Shown one piece after another: positions 18,642 through 28,906 of a stretch of DNA of 62,907 nt. The position numbers and the translations under genes are program-made. The notes below the pieces were generated by a model. The model had not been told where the DNA came from and did not search any database. It saw only the letters and a program-made list of their open reading frames with translations. Origin of the DNA: a virus (Duplodnaviria > Caudoviricetes); the IMG/VR virus record IMGVR_UViG_3300048851_000073, positions 1 through 62,907 of that record, one strand, 5' to 3'. Position 1 is the first letter of the stretch; the number at the start of each line of letters is the position of its first letter.

Positions 18642-18670
18642 TTGCAATTTTAACCCAAATGGCTCATAGT
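18642..18670 (+). promoter_or_regulatory. Promoter P5: TTGCAA-17-CATAGT with AAATGGCT
   Basis: Perfect DnaA box at 18614-18622. Confidence 0.7.
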
Positions 18671-18700
18671 CATTTATGAAAGTTAAGCAAGGAATCAAGC

Positions 18701-18799
18701 ATGAACAAGAAAGCAACAACTAAAGATTACGTAGTAGCAGCCATAGCAGGCGCGCTCACGTTCTTAGTAGGCATCAGCCTGTACTGGGTATTAAAGTAA
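18701..18799 (+). CDS. 32-aa membrane peptide
   Basis: Hand-translated MNKKATTKDYVVAAIAGALTFLVGISLYWVLK; SD AAGGA; TAATG overlap. Confidence 0.55.
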   Translation: MNKKATTKDYVVAAIAGALTFLVGISLYWVLK

Positions 18800-19071
18800 T
18801 GAAAACCCAAGACACAACCACTCAGAACCCAGCGACTGTCCAAGTCGTCATCAACAACCCTAACGCGGGCGTCCTCAAACGTAACTGGATCGTCGCCCTG
18901 GTCCTTGCCATCACACTTGGCTGGCTCGGTATCGACCGCTTCTACCTAGGCTCAGGTGGCGTAGGCATCGTCAAGTTCTTCACGCTCGGCCTGTTCGGCG
19001 TCCTGTGGGTCGTTGACATCATCCTGATCGCTATTAAGAGCGTGAAGGGGATTGATTGGAGTGAGTCATGA
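18799..19071 (+). CDS. TM2 domain membrane protein
   Basis: ALVLAITLGWLGIDRFYLG..GIVKFFTLG. Confidence 0.9.
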   Translation: MKTQDTTTQNPATVQVVINNPNAGVLKRNWIVALVLAITLGWLGIDRFYLGSGGVGIVKFFTLGLFGVLWVVDIILIAIKSVKGIDWSES

Positions 19072-19655
19072 GAATCTCGCTCAACAGACTCAACCAGATC
19101 AAGACGTCTCGTCGCCTCCAACTCATCGTGGCCGCTGGCGTCATCGTCGTAAGCACCTCAACTGCACTGGCCTTCAACAACCTCGCCAGCACACAGGCCG
19201 GCGACACCCCAGTTGAAGTCACCGTCGAGGATCACGACAAACGCCTCACCAAGAACGAATCCGACATAGGCGAGACCAAAGACCGGGTAACTGATGTCGA
19301 GCAGAAGACCGACGAGAACACCCAGGCAGTGCGCGAAGTCGAGAAGCAAGTCGTCGTGGTGGATGGCAAGGCCAACGCCGCCACAAGTGCCGCTAAACAA
19401 GCACAGCAGGCCGCACAAGCAGCCCCAGCACCTCAACCTGCGCCAACACCCGTTCCTGTGAAGACGATCAATCCACGCCTCATCACAGCCGTATCCGCGG
19501 TGCAGCAGTTCGACCGCTTCGACAATCCGACTGTCTGGTCATGTGATTACACGCTCGAGTCGGGGCGGGTCATCAACTCATTGCAAGGCCCAGTATGTGG
19601 GGCGGTGGGGACAGAGATTGGTAGCGACCTAGCGTCGATGCACGGGGTTCGATAA
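19068..19655 (+). CDS. Secreted or anchored coiled-coil protein
   Basis: N-terminal hydrophobic segment, coiled coil, Pro/Ala linker, small Cys-containing domain. Confidence 0.65.
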   Translation: MRISLNRLNQIKTSRRLQLIVAAGVIVVSTSTALAFNNLASTQAGDTPVEVTVEDHDKRLTKNESDIGETKDRVTDVEQKTDENTQAVREVEKQVVVVDGKANAATSAAKQAQQAAQAAPAPQPAPTPVPVKTINPRLITAVSAVQQFDRFDNPTVWSCDYTLESGRVINSLQGPVCGAVGTEIGSDLASMHGVR

Positions 19656-19897
19656 TGAATGCGCGGATCATCGACTACGCGTTGATTACGGTCACTAGTG
19701 CTGGAGAGCTTTGTTCTAACGTAAGCATCGCGATTGCAAACGGCTGGCAGCCATTTGGTGGCGTCGCGACAGGACCTGGGACTATCAGTCAGGCGCTTGT
19801 GAAGTACCAGGGGATGGGGAAACCGGAATCGGAACACCGGGTTGGCCCACCACGCCCGACCCCAAACCCGACCACCCCAACAAGGGACCGGCAATGA
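19655..19897 (+). CDS. DUF1737-like protein
   Basis: IANGWQPFGGV..QALVKY. Confidence 0.65.
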   Translation: MNARIIDYALITVTSAGELCSNVSIAIANGWQPFGGVATGPGTISQALVKYQGMGKPESEHRVGPPRPTPNPTTPTRDRQ

Positions 19898-20202
19898 CAG
19901 CGACGATCAAAGTTGTTCCAACGCTTCAGGAATTACGAGACGCTCCTGAACTGCGCCCGCTGTCCATGGAGATCCAGAAAGCGCCACCAGCCTTTGATGA
20001 AGGTCTTGAGACTCTAACGCAGCACCTAAACGAAGCCGCTCGGGTGATGCGCGAAGGGTTCGAGTTCATGGGCGTTGCCGATCCAGCTGGCATGAAAGCG
20101 CTCTTACATGTACTTCGGTCGCCGTTGTACACGAACGGTATGTACCTAAGGAATCGTCGTGGCCGAAACCGGATCGTTTGGCCGAAAAGGAGCGCGTCAT
20201 GA
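19894..20202 (+). CDS. Hypothetical protein
   Basis: ATGA coupling. Confidence 0.55.
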   Translation: MTATIKVVPTLQELRDAPELRPLSMEIQKAPPAFDEGLETLTQHLNEAARVMREGFEFMGVADPAGMKALLHVLRSPLYTNGMYLRNRRGRNRIVWPKRSAS

Positions 20203-20375
20203 CTCTCCACTTCACCGAAGACGAAGCCGACCGCCTCGCGTCACTGTTGCGAATCACGAACGACCCAGACGCCAGGCAGATGCAGAACGTAACAGTCCAA
20301 CGTGCAGAGCAAGAGATCATCGAGATGGTAAGAAGCAAAGTAGCAGAACAGATTTAAACGTAGAGGGGGTGATAG

Positions 20376-20801
20376 ATGGAACAAGAACCAAACAACTACA
20401 TAGGGGAAACCAGAGCGATCGAGATCGCAGTCATTGGCGCAGAGGCACTAGGCGAGCACGTTTCAGATGCCGCAGCTAGAACCATTGCCGCTCAATGGGA
20501 TGCAGGACCACGCAGCGACTTACACAGCTTTGTCACTACTGGTCGGATCGGTGAGTACCTCGAAGACGAGCTGGATGCGACTATCGACGCCACGGTAGAC
20601 GAAGACGATCGACAAGCATTGGCCTACCTGTCTGCTTACGCGATGGCACGGGAAGACAAGGGCACAGTGGATAACTGGAGCCAGCTGTGGATCGACAAAG
20701 GGCCGGACGAAGGGACTGATTCGTGCGCGGCCTGCGGGGAGCACTTTTCTGACCCACATGCGACTGAATGTCCTCTCAACCCTGATCGGGAGGACGAGTG
20801 A
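20376..20801 (+). CDS. Hypothetical protein, paralog A, C-terminal CxxCGxHFSxPH..C
   Basis: Similar to the next gene. Confidence 0.7.
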   Translation: MEQEPNNYIGETRAIEIAVIGAEALGEHVSDAAARTIAAQWDAGPRSDLHSFVTTGRIGEYLEDELDATIDATVDEDDRQALAYLSAYAMAREDKGTVDNWSQLWIDKGPDEGTDSCAACGEHFSDPHATECPLNPDREDE

Positions 20802-20802
20802 C

Positions 20803-21441
20803 ATGGGCGAGCTAGAACCAAACCACGAAGGCATGAGTGACGACGACCTCATTGACTTCCACATTATGTACTCAGATGAAATCGGCAAACCCATCGAAGA
20901 CCCTTGCGCCAGAGTCATAGCCGCCCGCCACCATGCCGGCCAATCGACTGAGCTGTACAGCTTCGCGTCTACCGGGCAGATCGGAGAAGGTCTGCACGTT
21001 GAGATCACAGCCGAGTTTGAGGCTACTTACCGCGAACTCAAGTCCCTCACTATTGAACAGACCAAGCTACGCGCCGAACTGAGTGCACACGAGCTGGACC
21101 ATCAGAGCGGACTAGGACTCAGCATCAGCTCCGAAACACTCGACGAGCTACGTGACAAGTTGGAACAGGTCACAGAAGCGCATGAAGCCGCCAAGCTGAA
21201 CATCAACGCCCTGGGCCACCTCTTCGTCTACGCCCAGGCCCGTAAGGACAAAGGGCCGATACATAGGTGGTCAGAGCTTTGGCTGAAGTCACCAGGTGAG
21301 CTGCTCTGGGACAGACGACAACCCAAGCAAGGCGAGTCAATCCTTGACCAGGACGACTGTTGCAAGAGTTGTGGCAACCACTTCAGCGAACCTCACGATC
21401 CCGACTGTCAGTACAACACTCATGACGAGGAGGGAAAATAG
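20803..21441 (+). CDS. Hypothetical protein, paralog B (coiled-coil insert)
   Basis: ARVIAARHHAGQSTELYSFASTGQI; CKSCGNHFSEPHDPDC. Confidence 0.7.
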   Translation: MGELEPNHEGMSDDDLIDFHIMYSDEIGKPIEDPCARVIAARHHAGQSTELYSFASTGQIGEGLHVEITAEFEATYRELKSLTIEQTKLRAELSAHELDHQSGLGLSISSETLDELRDKLEQVTEAHEAAKLNINALGHLFVYAQARKDKGPIHRWSELWLKSPGELLWDRRQPKQGESILDQDDCCKSCGNHFSEPHDPDCQYNTHDEEGK

Positions 21442-22254
21442 GTGGCTGGTCGTCGACCAGCTGCGGAGATTCCCGCACATCTCCTCAACGTCACCGACGC
21501 TGAACTCCTGGAGCAGGCAATCAACCTCCCAGGACGGCCTGGTGAGACGTATACGCGATTCATCAACCTCAGCCTAGGCAATCAGGCACTGTTGCTACTC
21601 CAAGGCGTCAACGAGCCTGTAAACACCTTCTCGCGATGGCGTGATGATCTGAACCGCAACGTCATTAAGGGCGCGAAGGCCAAGTACATCCGCCGCCCGA
21701 TCTTCAAGAAGGTCGAGGAGAACGGCAAAGAAGAGCAGCGCCTGGTCGGTTTCAAGTTAGTCAAGTGCATGTTCGGGGTGTCCGACACCGAGGGTGAAGA
21801 CCTCCCGGATTACGAGACGCCTGTATGGAGCACAGAGCGTGCCCTTGGATCGCTCGGGATTACCCGCGTGGCCTTCGAGGGACTGAACGGCAACATGCAG
21901 GGCTGGTCAACCGGCCGAGAGTTTGCGCTGAATCCGGTTGCCGCATGGCCGCTTAAGACGACCATCCACGAGATCTCTCATATCGAGCATGGCCACACAG
22001 CACCGGGGGCTCACGAGGAGTACGCCACCCACCGAGGACTACGAGAGTTCGAGGCGGAGGGCAGTGCCTACCTGGTCATGCACCAGATAGGGGCAGAAGA
22101 CCAGTTCGACGCAGCAGAGAGCCGCAACTACATCCGGCGCTGGCTTCGACAGGACGTGTGGCCACCAGATGAGTCAATGCGCCGGGTGCTGAGAGTGGCC
22201 GATCGGATCACGAAGGCCGGCAGACCCGTAGAAGCGGAGGTCTCCCATGGGTGA
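21442..22254 (+). CDS. ArdC-like ssDNA-binding/zincin protein
   Basis: SLGNQALL..TFSRW..NVIKGAKA, MFGVSDTEG, IHEISH (HExxH), EFEAEGSAYLV, SRNYIRRW. Confidence 0.8.
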   Translation: MAGRRPAAEIPAHLLNVTDAELLEQAINLPGRPGETYTRFINLSLGNQALLLLQGVNEPVNTFSRWRDDLNRNVIKGAKAKYIRRPIFKKVEENGKEEQRLVGFKLVKCMFGVSDTEGEDLPDYETPVWSTERALGSLGITRVAFEGLNGNMQGWSTGREFALNPVAAWPLKTTIHEISHIEHGHTAPGAHEEYATHRGLREFEAEGSAYLVMHQIGAEDQFDAAESRNYIRRWLRQDVWPPDESMRRVLRVADRITKAGRPVEAEVSHG

Positions 22255-22431
22255 GCTAATACCGTTCCCCATCCGCCCCGATCAGACACCAGACCAGCTG
22301 TGGTTCGCCCTGGAGCTGCACGAGCGGCAAGCAGAACGCATACGACGGATTCTGGGAATGCTCGGGATCGAGCGGGGACTAAGCGATGACGAATAAAACT
22401 AATACAGGCCGTGAGCCTATGGAGAACAACA

Positions 22432-22764
22432 ATGGATAAAGAACTATGGAAACTTTGTAAACAGGTCTATGCGCGTTCCGACTTGGTATGTGAAGCGTGG
22501 CCGCTTGACAAATACACACCGTTATACACCACTGACTACCTGCTGGAGAAGCTACCGCAGTGGGTTGAGCCATCTAAGAACGAACCGCACCTACTCACGT
22601 TACAGCCGAACCCTATAGGCCCAGGGTGGCAAGCGCTCTATCGTCTTTCAGTTGCCACTCCAACGAGCGATAGACGACACGCCGAGGAAATACACACCGC
22701 CGACACCCCACTGAAGGCCCTGTTGAAGCTTGCGCTAGCACTGACTCGTAGAGGAGAGCTGTGA
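22432..22764 (+). CDS. Phage hypothetical protein (ADTPLKALLKLAL motif)
   Basis: SD GGAG; first gene of the AT-richer block. Confidence 0.65.
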   Translation: MDKELWKLCKQVYARSDLVCEAWPLDKYTPLYTTDYLLEKLPQWVEPSKNEPHLLTLQPNPIGPGWQALYRLSVATPTSDRRHAEEIHTADTPLKALLKLALALTRRGEL

Positions 22765-24883
22765 TGACCTCTTCCCCTAATCCCACAGCAGATGCAGAGG
22801 AGTGGATAGACGAGGCACTAGCTGACTTCAACGACTACTCCCCGGAGTTTAAGACAACTAAGCAAGCCATCCTCAACCACATCACCACCCACTACCTTCC
22901 ACGTGAACAAGTAGAGCAGATCATCGGTGAAGACGAATGGATAAGGTCTGAACACGATGAACTACGAAATCTCGCTGGGCGTGTACGCAATCACTTTCGT
23001 GCTGAACAGCGTAAACGGCTCCACCCAAACCAATCAACCTCAAAGGAGAACAAGTAATGCCAAGTAGGTCAACAATCGAGAGATACCGACCGTTTCGATT
23101 GGTCGGAAAAGACAAGAGCATCTTTAGAATAAATGGTAACGGAGATGTCGAAGTATATATCACCAACGCTCGCTTCACCACAGTGCCAGACAACAAGTGG
23201 ACTACTAGAGTTACGAACTCTATAACCAATGGAGATATTGAGTATTACGACGGAGTAATCGAACAGCCTGAAGCTTTTACAGACGAAGAAAAGAGACGCT
23301 ATATCAAGGAGAAAGGACAAGCAGATGAGTAAAACACAAGAACCAAAAATTCTATCCTCACCAGCGAGCGGTAAATATTACCTAGTCACCAAGTACAAAA
23401 CGGCTGGCGAAGGATTCAGCGCCATAGAGAAGATCGACATCACTGATGAAGTGCAGCAGCTCCTAGTAAAAGAACGACTGGATGAAGCAAGCCGCGCCCT
23501 AGAGCCCTCAGGTAAAAAGTATGACGTTTGGCGTGAGGACTCTTGCGAACACGATGCCTATCTGCCCGATCGAATTAAAGAGCTTGGGTCTCAACTAAAT
23601 AAGGAGAAAAGTGTATGACAGACGAAGAACTACGAAAACAACTGACTGCAATATTCGAACAGAATGTAGATTACGCATACAACGGTGGCGAGATGGAAGA
23701 CCTCGTTATGCAGCTCATTAAGCAGGATAGAGAGCAAGACCGGGCACGTCACGCTCTAGAAGCGTACACGAAGTGGTATCAGCAGGGACGATCAGCCGAA
23801 CAGATACACGGAGTCCGCAACTACCTGACTGGCGCTTACGGCATAGAACTTGATCCTGAGGTTCCGCATGAATAACCAGGATGCCCCCAAGACAGTAGAA
23901 AACATATTACGTATGTTTAGGCAGTACAGCTCTGGCGGAGTTATGTCAGACACGCCACACTCAATGTCACTCGATGAAGCAGTCGTAGCCATCAACGCCC
24001 TACGCCGTGAGGATATGGAAGCGGTGATAGGTGAGGATGTTCGAGTTCCACACGGCCCCAAATCAGCAGGTAAAACATACGCAGCTCTAGGTAATCAGCT
24101 CCGAGCAGAACAACGTAAGAAGATGGAGGAGCGATTGAATCCCGAGCGTACTAAATACCCATTGAAGGAGGAGCATGAGTAAACAGCAGGTAACTAAGCA
24201 GGTGCAGGCAACAATCTGCGATTTCTGCACCAACGAGGTAGATACGAAGGGTGACGACTACTGCTATGCCTATTTGCCTCAACGCAGCAGCAATATTCAT
24301 AATCCACACAGAGTTGGAGTGAAACACTTTCAATTTATATGGAATAAACGATCGACAGTCTACGACTATGTGCAATATGACTTTCATGCTCGTTGTTTCA
24401 ACGACCTGATGGAGAAGTTCTTGGCAGAACGGGAGCCGTTGAACCCCTCTCTACCAGTAGATAATAAAGAAGCGAAGAGATGAGTCCTAGAGCAACCAGA
24501 ATAGCGTTTGGGGTCGCATGTATTGGTGCTGGTCTAACAGGTGGCGCATGGGTACTGGGACTACTTATTGGATTGCCACTGCTTATTTGGGGCGTACTTA
24601 CGAAAGAAGATAATAAGGAGGTGAAGAGATGAATCTATTTGAACCAAAGTCGAACATACCGATCCACTACGATACAACATCGGCATCTACCCCTCAGCCA
24701 GAAGATACAAGGAAATATACACTCGACACAAAGCAGTGTGCTTCTATAGCGATGTATATGTACGAACAGTGGCAAGAAGCTATGAAACCGCCGCTTTTCG
24801 CTTACTACGACTTCCCGACATGGCTTCAATCACTAACCAAAGAGGAGGACAAGGCCCATAACACTGAACGGAATGTGACATGA
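22761..24883 (+). other. AT-richer block of about 8 small coupled hypothetical genes (22761-23057, 23057-23332, 23325-23618, 23615-23875, ~23868-24182, 24175-24483, 24629-24883)
   Basis: Overlapping start/stop codons, AAGGAG SDs, visibly lower GC. Confidence 0.65.
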
Positions 24884-24980
24884 CCATTAAAGAGTATCTA
24901 GAAATTCATAGGTTATTTGAGGAGCTGCGGGCCGCTCAGCGCAAGCCCTTGACCAACTCAACAAAGAACAAAGACTAGTC

Positions 24981-25193
24981 CTAGTCCCTCGGTTCTATCC
25001 GTGCATCACGCTCCGGGATACTTAGCTCTTCTACCTGCCGCCTTGCCCACTCGATGTCAGGTGATTCGGCCACGAATCTGACCATCCGCTGACCCTCTGG
25101 GTGCCGCACCCGTTCCTCGTACAGCTCGTACATGATCGACCCATCTCGTTGTGGGACACGGAGCATGACGTAGTTGGAGGGCACGAAATACAT
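24981..25193 (-). CDS. Hypothetical protein
   Basis: ORF track only. Confidence 0.4.
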   Translation of the reverse strand: MYFVPSNYVMLRVPQRDGSIMYELYEERVRHPEGQRMVRFVAESPDIEWARRQVEELSIPERDARIEPRD

Positions 25194-25516
25194 TGTCGCG
25201 CACCGCGATTACTGTGGCAACGAGGGCGAATTGGGTCAGATGACTATCTCTGGCCGGCCTGGGTCTGAAAAAACGTATCAACCTTCTCGACGAGAGAGGG
25301 TCCGTTGTCGTGCACCCACTGTTTGATGTTCACGGTGGTTGTTTGTCTAAGGTCTAAATGTGTGTCTTTGTAAATCTTCATTACGTATTCATTATCTCAC
25401 ATGTTGATACAAAAGTCAATACAAAGTGCATATCTTCGTATGACAATCTCGGCCTGATCTGCGCGGATGTGCCGGGATAGAGTCGCATGTTCGCTTCGTC
25501 CTACTCAGGGGATCTC

Positions 25517-26143
25517 ATGAAACGCACTGCCATCTCTGCTGTCCTGCTCACCCTCACTCTGTCCATCGCTGGCTGTGGAGACGATGACGGGTCCTCGTCG
25601 TCTGCTCCAGGTGGAGGATGTACTACGCACAAGGGGTCTAACCCGTCTGCCAGCAAGTTCCAGCAGATGAGAGTCGAAGTCGCTGAGAAGCACTACGCGA
25701 TTCAGCAAGAGTTCGGCATCACCCAAACTGTCGACAAGGCCACATTCGTTGAGCAGCAGGCGAACACGAGCACCAAGCAGATCAACCGGGCGCTCCAAGC
25801 CGTGCCGAGCGGTGGCTTCACAAAGTACACCGAGTACCTATGTGAGCAGGAGGGGAAGGCCAACCCGATCCCGGAAGAGCAACGGGCGCAGATGGAAAAG
25901 AATGCACAGCAATCGCCAGGCTTCGAGAATGCGGATGTGAAGGGCTACGGTCAGGCCTTGGTCAAGCTCGGTCGTGAGTATCCCGCCACAGCGGCAACAC
26001 CGGCTCTGATCCAATGCGGTCAGGCAATTGAAGGTGGTACCGATGTGATGGCGAGTATCAACTCGATGGGCGGTACCAGTAGCCTGGTTGGTGAGGCGTC
26101 GTACAAGAGCTACGAGTATCTGTGCCCTTCCGTTCTTAACTAG
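25517..26143 (+). CDS. Lipoprotein (moron)
   Basis: MKRTAISAVLLTLTLSIAG|C lipobox, Ser/Gly linker, terminal YLCP; terminator at 26157-26201. Confidence 0.8.
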   Translation: MKRTAISAVLLTLTLSIAGCGDDDGSSSSAPGGGCTTHKGSNPSASKFQQMRVEVAEKHYAIQQEFGITQTVDKATFVEQQANTSTKQINRALQAVPSGGFTKYTEYLCEQEGKANPIPEEQRAQMEKNAQQSPGFENADVKGYGQALVKLGREYPATAATPALIQCGQAIEGGTDVMASINSMGGTSSLVGEASYKSYEYLCPSVLN

Positions 26144-26363
26144 CTCGTCTGACGGACAGCCCCGCCACCTCCCGGCTTCCCTCCGCTTGGTGGCGGGGCT
26201 GTACTGGGCTTGAGTGTAGCACCCGTTCGAACTGATTATCGAATCTGCTGTTGTCGAAAGAGACTAGGTGTAATAAAATTAGGACATAAAATAACCCCGA
26301 AGTGCAGTCGGGGCTATGTGTCTAAATTATAGCGCACAGCCTCCAATTCGGATAGGAGGTGAT

Positions 26364-26918
26364 GTGAGTGAACAAATAATATGGCGTCCGATAACTGGGT
26401 TCTCGGATAGTCTAAGAACCAGGTACGAGGTTAGTAACACGGGCTTGATCCGGTCTATTGCGCGAGGTAGACAGAATGTCATGGTACGCAAGCTATGGAT
26501 TAATGCTGGCGGCTATCTGCTGTTTCAGTACCATCCACTTGGTAACGGGTATGCAAACAAGAGTCTATTGGTCCACCGGATAGTGGCCACAGTATTTATA
26601 CCTAACCCCGATAACAAACCTGAGGTGAACCACATCGATTGTGATCCGACGAACAACCGCGTGGAAAATCTAGAGTGGTGCACCTCGTCAGAAAACACAC
26701 GTCACAGCTGGAAGCTCGGCCGGCAGAATGACGTGGCCGGGCGATTGGGAGAGGATCACCAAAAGGCAAAGTTGACGACAGTCCAAGCAATCAACATCAT
26801 CCACGTCAAAGGTTCGATCACCGCCGCCGCGTTAGCAAGACTGTACGGAGTGAGGGCTACCACTGTGTTGCGTATTTGGTCAGGTGAGGGTTGGAACCAC
26901 CTTCCGCGCCGCAGATGA
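26364..26918 (+). CDS. NUMOD4-HNH endonuclease
   Basis: WRPITG..YEVSNTGLIRS; VHRIVA..VNHIDCDPTNNRVENLEW. Confidence 0.92.
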   Translation: MSEQIIWRPITGFSDSLRTRYEVSNTGLIRSIARGRQNVMVRKLWINAGGYLLFQYHPLGNGYANKSLLVHRIVATVFIPNPDNKPEVNHIDCDPTNNRVENLEWCTSSENTRHSWKLGRQNDVAGRLGEDHQKAKLTTVQAINIIHVKGSITAAALARLYGVRATTVLRIWSGEGWNHLPRRR

Positions 26919-26969
26919 GGATGAGACGGTGACGCATTGGGTACCGGGGTGGGTGCTGAAGCGTGCCGA

Positions 26970-27953
26970 CTAGTAGACGTACCCGCCGTCGATGAGCAGC
27001 TGATTCACTTCGGCCGGCATCGTCGAGCACGACTTGGTGGTGTCCCGCTCGGCTGCGTGGTCGCTCGCGTCATCCATGATTCCGATCTTCTCCATCATGG
27101 CTTTGTAGCCACCCAGGAACCTGATGTCGTTCGGTATGCGGTCGAGCTTTGCATGGAAGTCTGCAGTGCTCTTCGGCCCAATCACGTAGATGCCACCTTC
27201 TGGGGTGTCGACTCGTCTGGCCTCGCTCGGCAACGGGAAAATGCTGACCAGCTCGGCTGCCTGTGTCGGTGAAAGGTTCCAGGGCGCGCTGTTGAAGTAA
27301 TACCAACTGCCAGTACAGATTCCGAAGAGATCGGGTCCGGTCTGCGCGTAGTTAAGGTACAGCTCCATCTGACGGGGTTTGCCGATCGTCGTAGCAACTG
27401 GCGTAGAGAGGACCGCTTCGATTGCCTTGCGGATCTTGGACTCACCTTCGTAGAGGAACATGTTCTTTGTGAGCTGCTGTGGGATCGTCGAGCCGCCTTC
27501 GTTTAGCTCGCCTGCAAAGTCGTCCTTCACTCTCTCAATGAACTTCTCAAAGTCGAAAGGTGCTGTGCGCGAGATGAACTCGGTGTCTTCAGCGACGATA
27601 GCTGCTGAGACGATATGGCGGCTGATGTTGTTCAGATCCACCCACTCGTAGATCACTGGTCCATCATGAGCAAGCATGAACGCACTCTCCTCAGGGGTGT
27701 ACCACCGGAGACCGAAAATGCCAGCGACCAGGAGCAGTGCCATGACGACCAGCAAGACGATCATGCGCTTGATCCACTTCAGGATGCTCCGTGTCTTACG
27801 GACCGGCTCGGCGACAGGTGGAGCTTCGGGTAGGTCATAGCCGTACTCGTAGCCATACGCCGGAATGTCCTGTTCAGCGGTGTACTCGAATGGTGTCTCG
27901 TCGTAGCCGTACTGGTCGGTCTTCTGATCCCAAGGAGGCAGGGGAGAGTTCAT
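26970..27953 (-). CDS. mtgA: Monofunctional peptidoglycan transglycosylase (GT51, MtgA-like)
   Basis: TM then AEDTEF, GGSTIPQQLTKNMFL, RKAIE, ELYLN. Confidence 0.88.
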   Translation of the reverse strand: MNSPLPPWDQKTDQYGYDETPFEYTAEQDIPAYGYEYGYDLPEAPPVAEPVRKTRSILKWIKRMIVLLVVMALLLVAGIFGLRWYTPEESAFMLAHDGPVIYEWVDLNNISRHIVSAAIVAEDTEFISRTAPFDFEKFIERVKDDFAGELNEGGSTIPQQLTKNMFLYEGESKIRKAIEAVLSTPVATTIGKPRQMELYLNYAQTGPDLFGICTGSWYYFNSAPWNLSPTQAAELVSIFPLPSEARRVDTPEGGIYVIGPKSTADFHAKLDRIPNDIRFLGGYKAMMEKIGIMDDASDHAAERDTTKSCSTMPAEVNQLLIDGGYVY

Positions 27954-28167
27954 GGGGGACTCGCAGAGGGTGAGGGTCGAGCACGAATATGCCCTGATTG
28001 TCCGGTCTGAAATCTAGACTGGCAAGCGGAGGGAGACTAGAACGTGCACGTCAAGAGCATTTTTGGGTCTCAACTGTGTTACGAAACAGCGAGTCGTGGG
28101 AGACACGTTAGGTGGGCGGATCGAGTCGCTGCACCGCGATGTCTGATCTGGCTGGGATACTTCGCGC

Positions 28168-28896
28168 ATGTCGTGGATTGACTGGGGGACGGCTCCAGCG
28201 TGGTTCGGTGCGTTCTTCACGTCACTGGGCGTCTTGGTTGCTGTGTTCATCTACTGGCGTGACTCGAGACAGACCCGGTTCGCCCAGGCGCATCAGATCC
28301 GCGTCGAGGTAATCGAGGTTCCCGATGCGTCTGAAGATGATTGGCCGCAGTTCAGAGTTCGTGTGGTGAACCAGTCCGACAAGAGCATCTTCCAGGTCAA
28401 GGGGACCGTTGCCGTCGTACCGCTGGAGTCAGTGGGGATCAGACTCGACCTCGTACAGCTCAACAACAAACGCGCCCTGACGGATGCGGAACTTGCGCGT
28501 CGGCTGAAGGGCTGGCTCGACTTCAAGAACGAGGCCATCGATGCGCCGGATGGTGGTTGGATACGCCCCGGTCATTCGTACACTTTTGACTTCGCAAATT
28601 TCTTAGGCCCGTTCGGAACCGCAAGGGTTGTGTTCGAGGATGCTCTGGGCGAGGTTTGGGTGTGCCACTCGGGGAACCGCGATCACTCGTTTGAGAGCCG
28701 CCGGAGGTTAACGAAACGGTCGATGTTGCGTACACGGCTGAGGCTGGAACGCCAACAACGTATGGCAGGCGACCGTGACTATACGGTCAGGAACTACTTC
28801 GAACACCGGAAGCGCCTGAAGCAGTGGGTCAAAGAGCACGAGAATGACCGTGAATCAGTTGACGCTGTACAAGATTCGTCGGATGTGCATAAATAG
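28168..28896 (+). CDS. Membrane-anchored moron protein, paralog 1
   Basis: WGTAPAW-TM-QA, NQSDKSIF, FEDALGEVW. Confidence 0.7.
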   Translation: MSWIDWGTAPAWFGAFFTSLGVLVAVFIYWRDSRQTRFAQAHQIRVEVIEVPDASEDDWPQFRVRVVNQSDKSIFQVKGTVAVVPLESVGIRLDLVQLNNKRALTDAELARRLKGWLDFKNEAIDAPDGGWIRPGHSYTFDFANFLGPFGTARVVFEDALGEVWVCHSGNRDHSFESRRRLTKRSMLRTRLRLERQQRMAGDRDYTVRNYFEHRKRLKQWVKEHENDRESVDAVQDSSDVHK

Positions 28897-28906
28897 TCGC
28901 AACACT

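Noticed and set aside
26364-26918. Group I intron or HEARO/IscB-type RNA-guided system around the HNH gene
   Set aside because: No interrupted host gene, and the protein is a plain NUMOD4-HNH without RuvC or PLMP features
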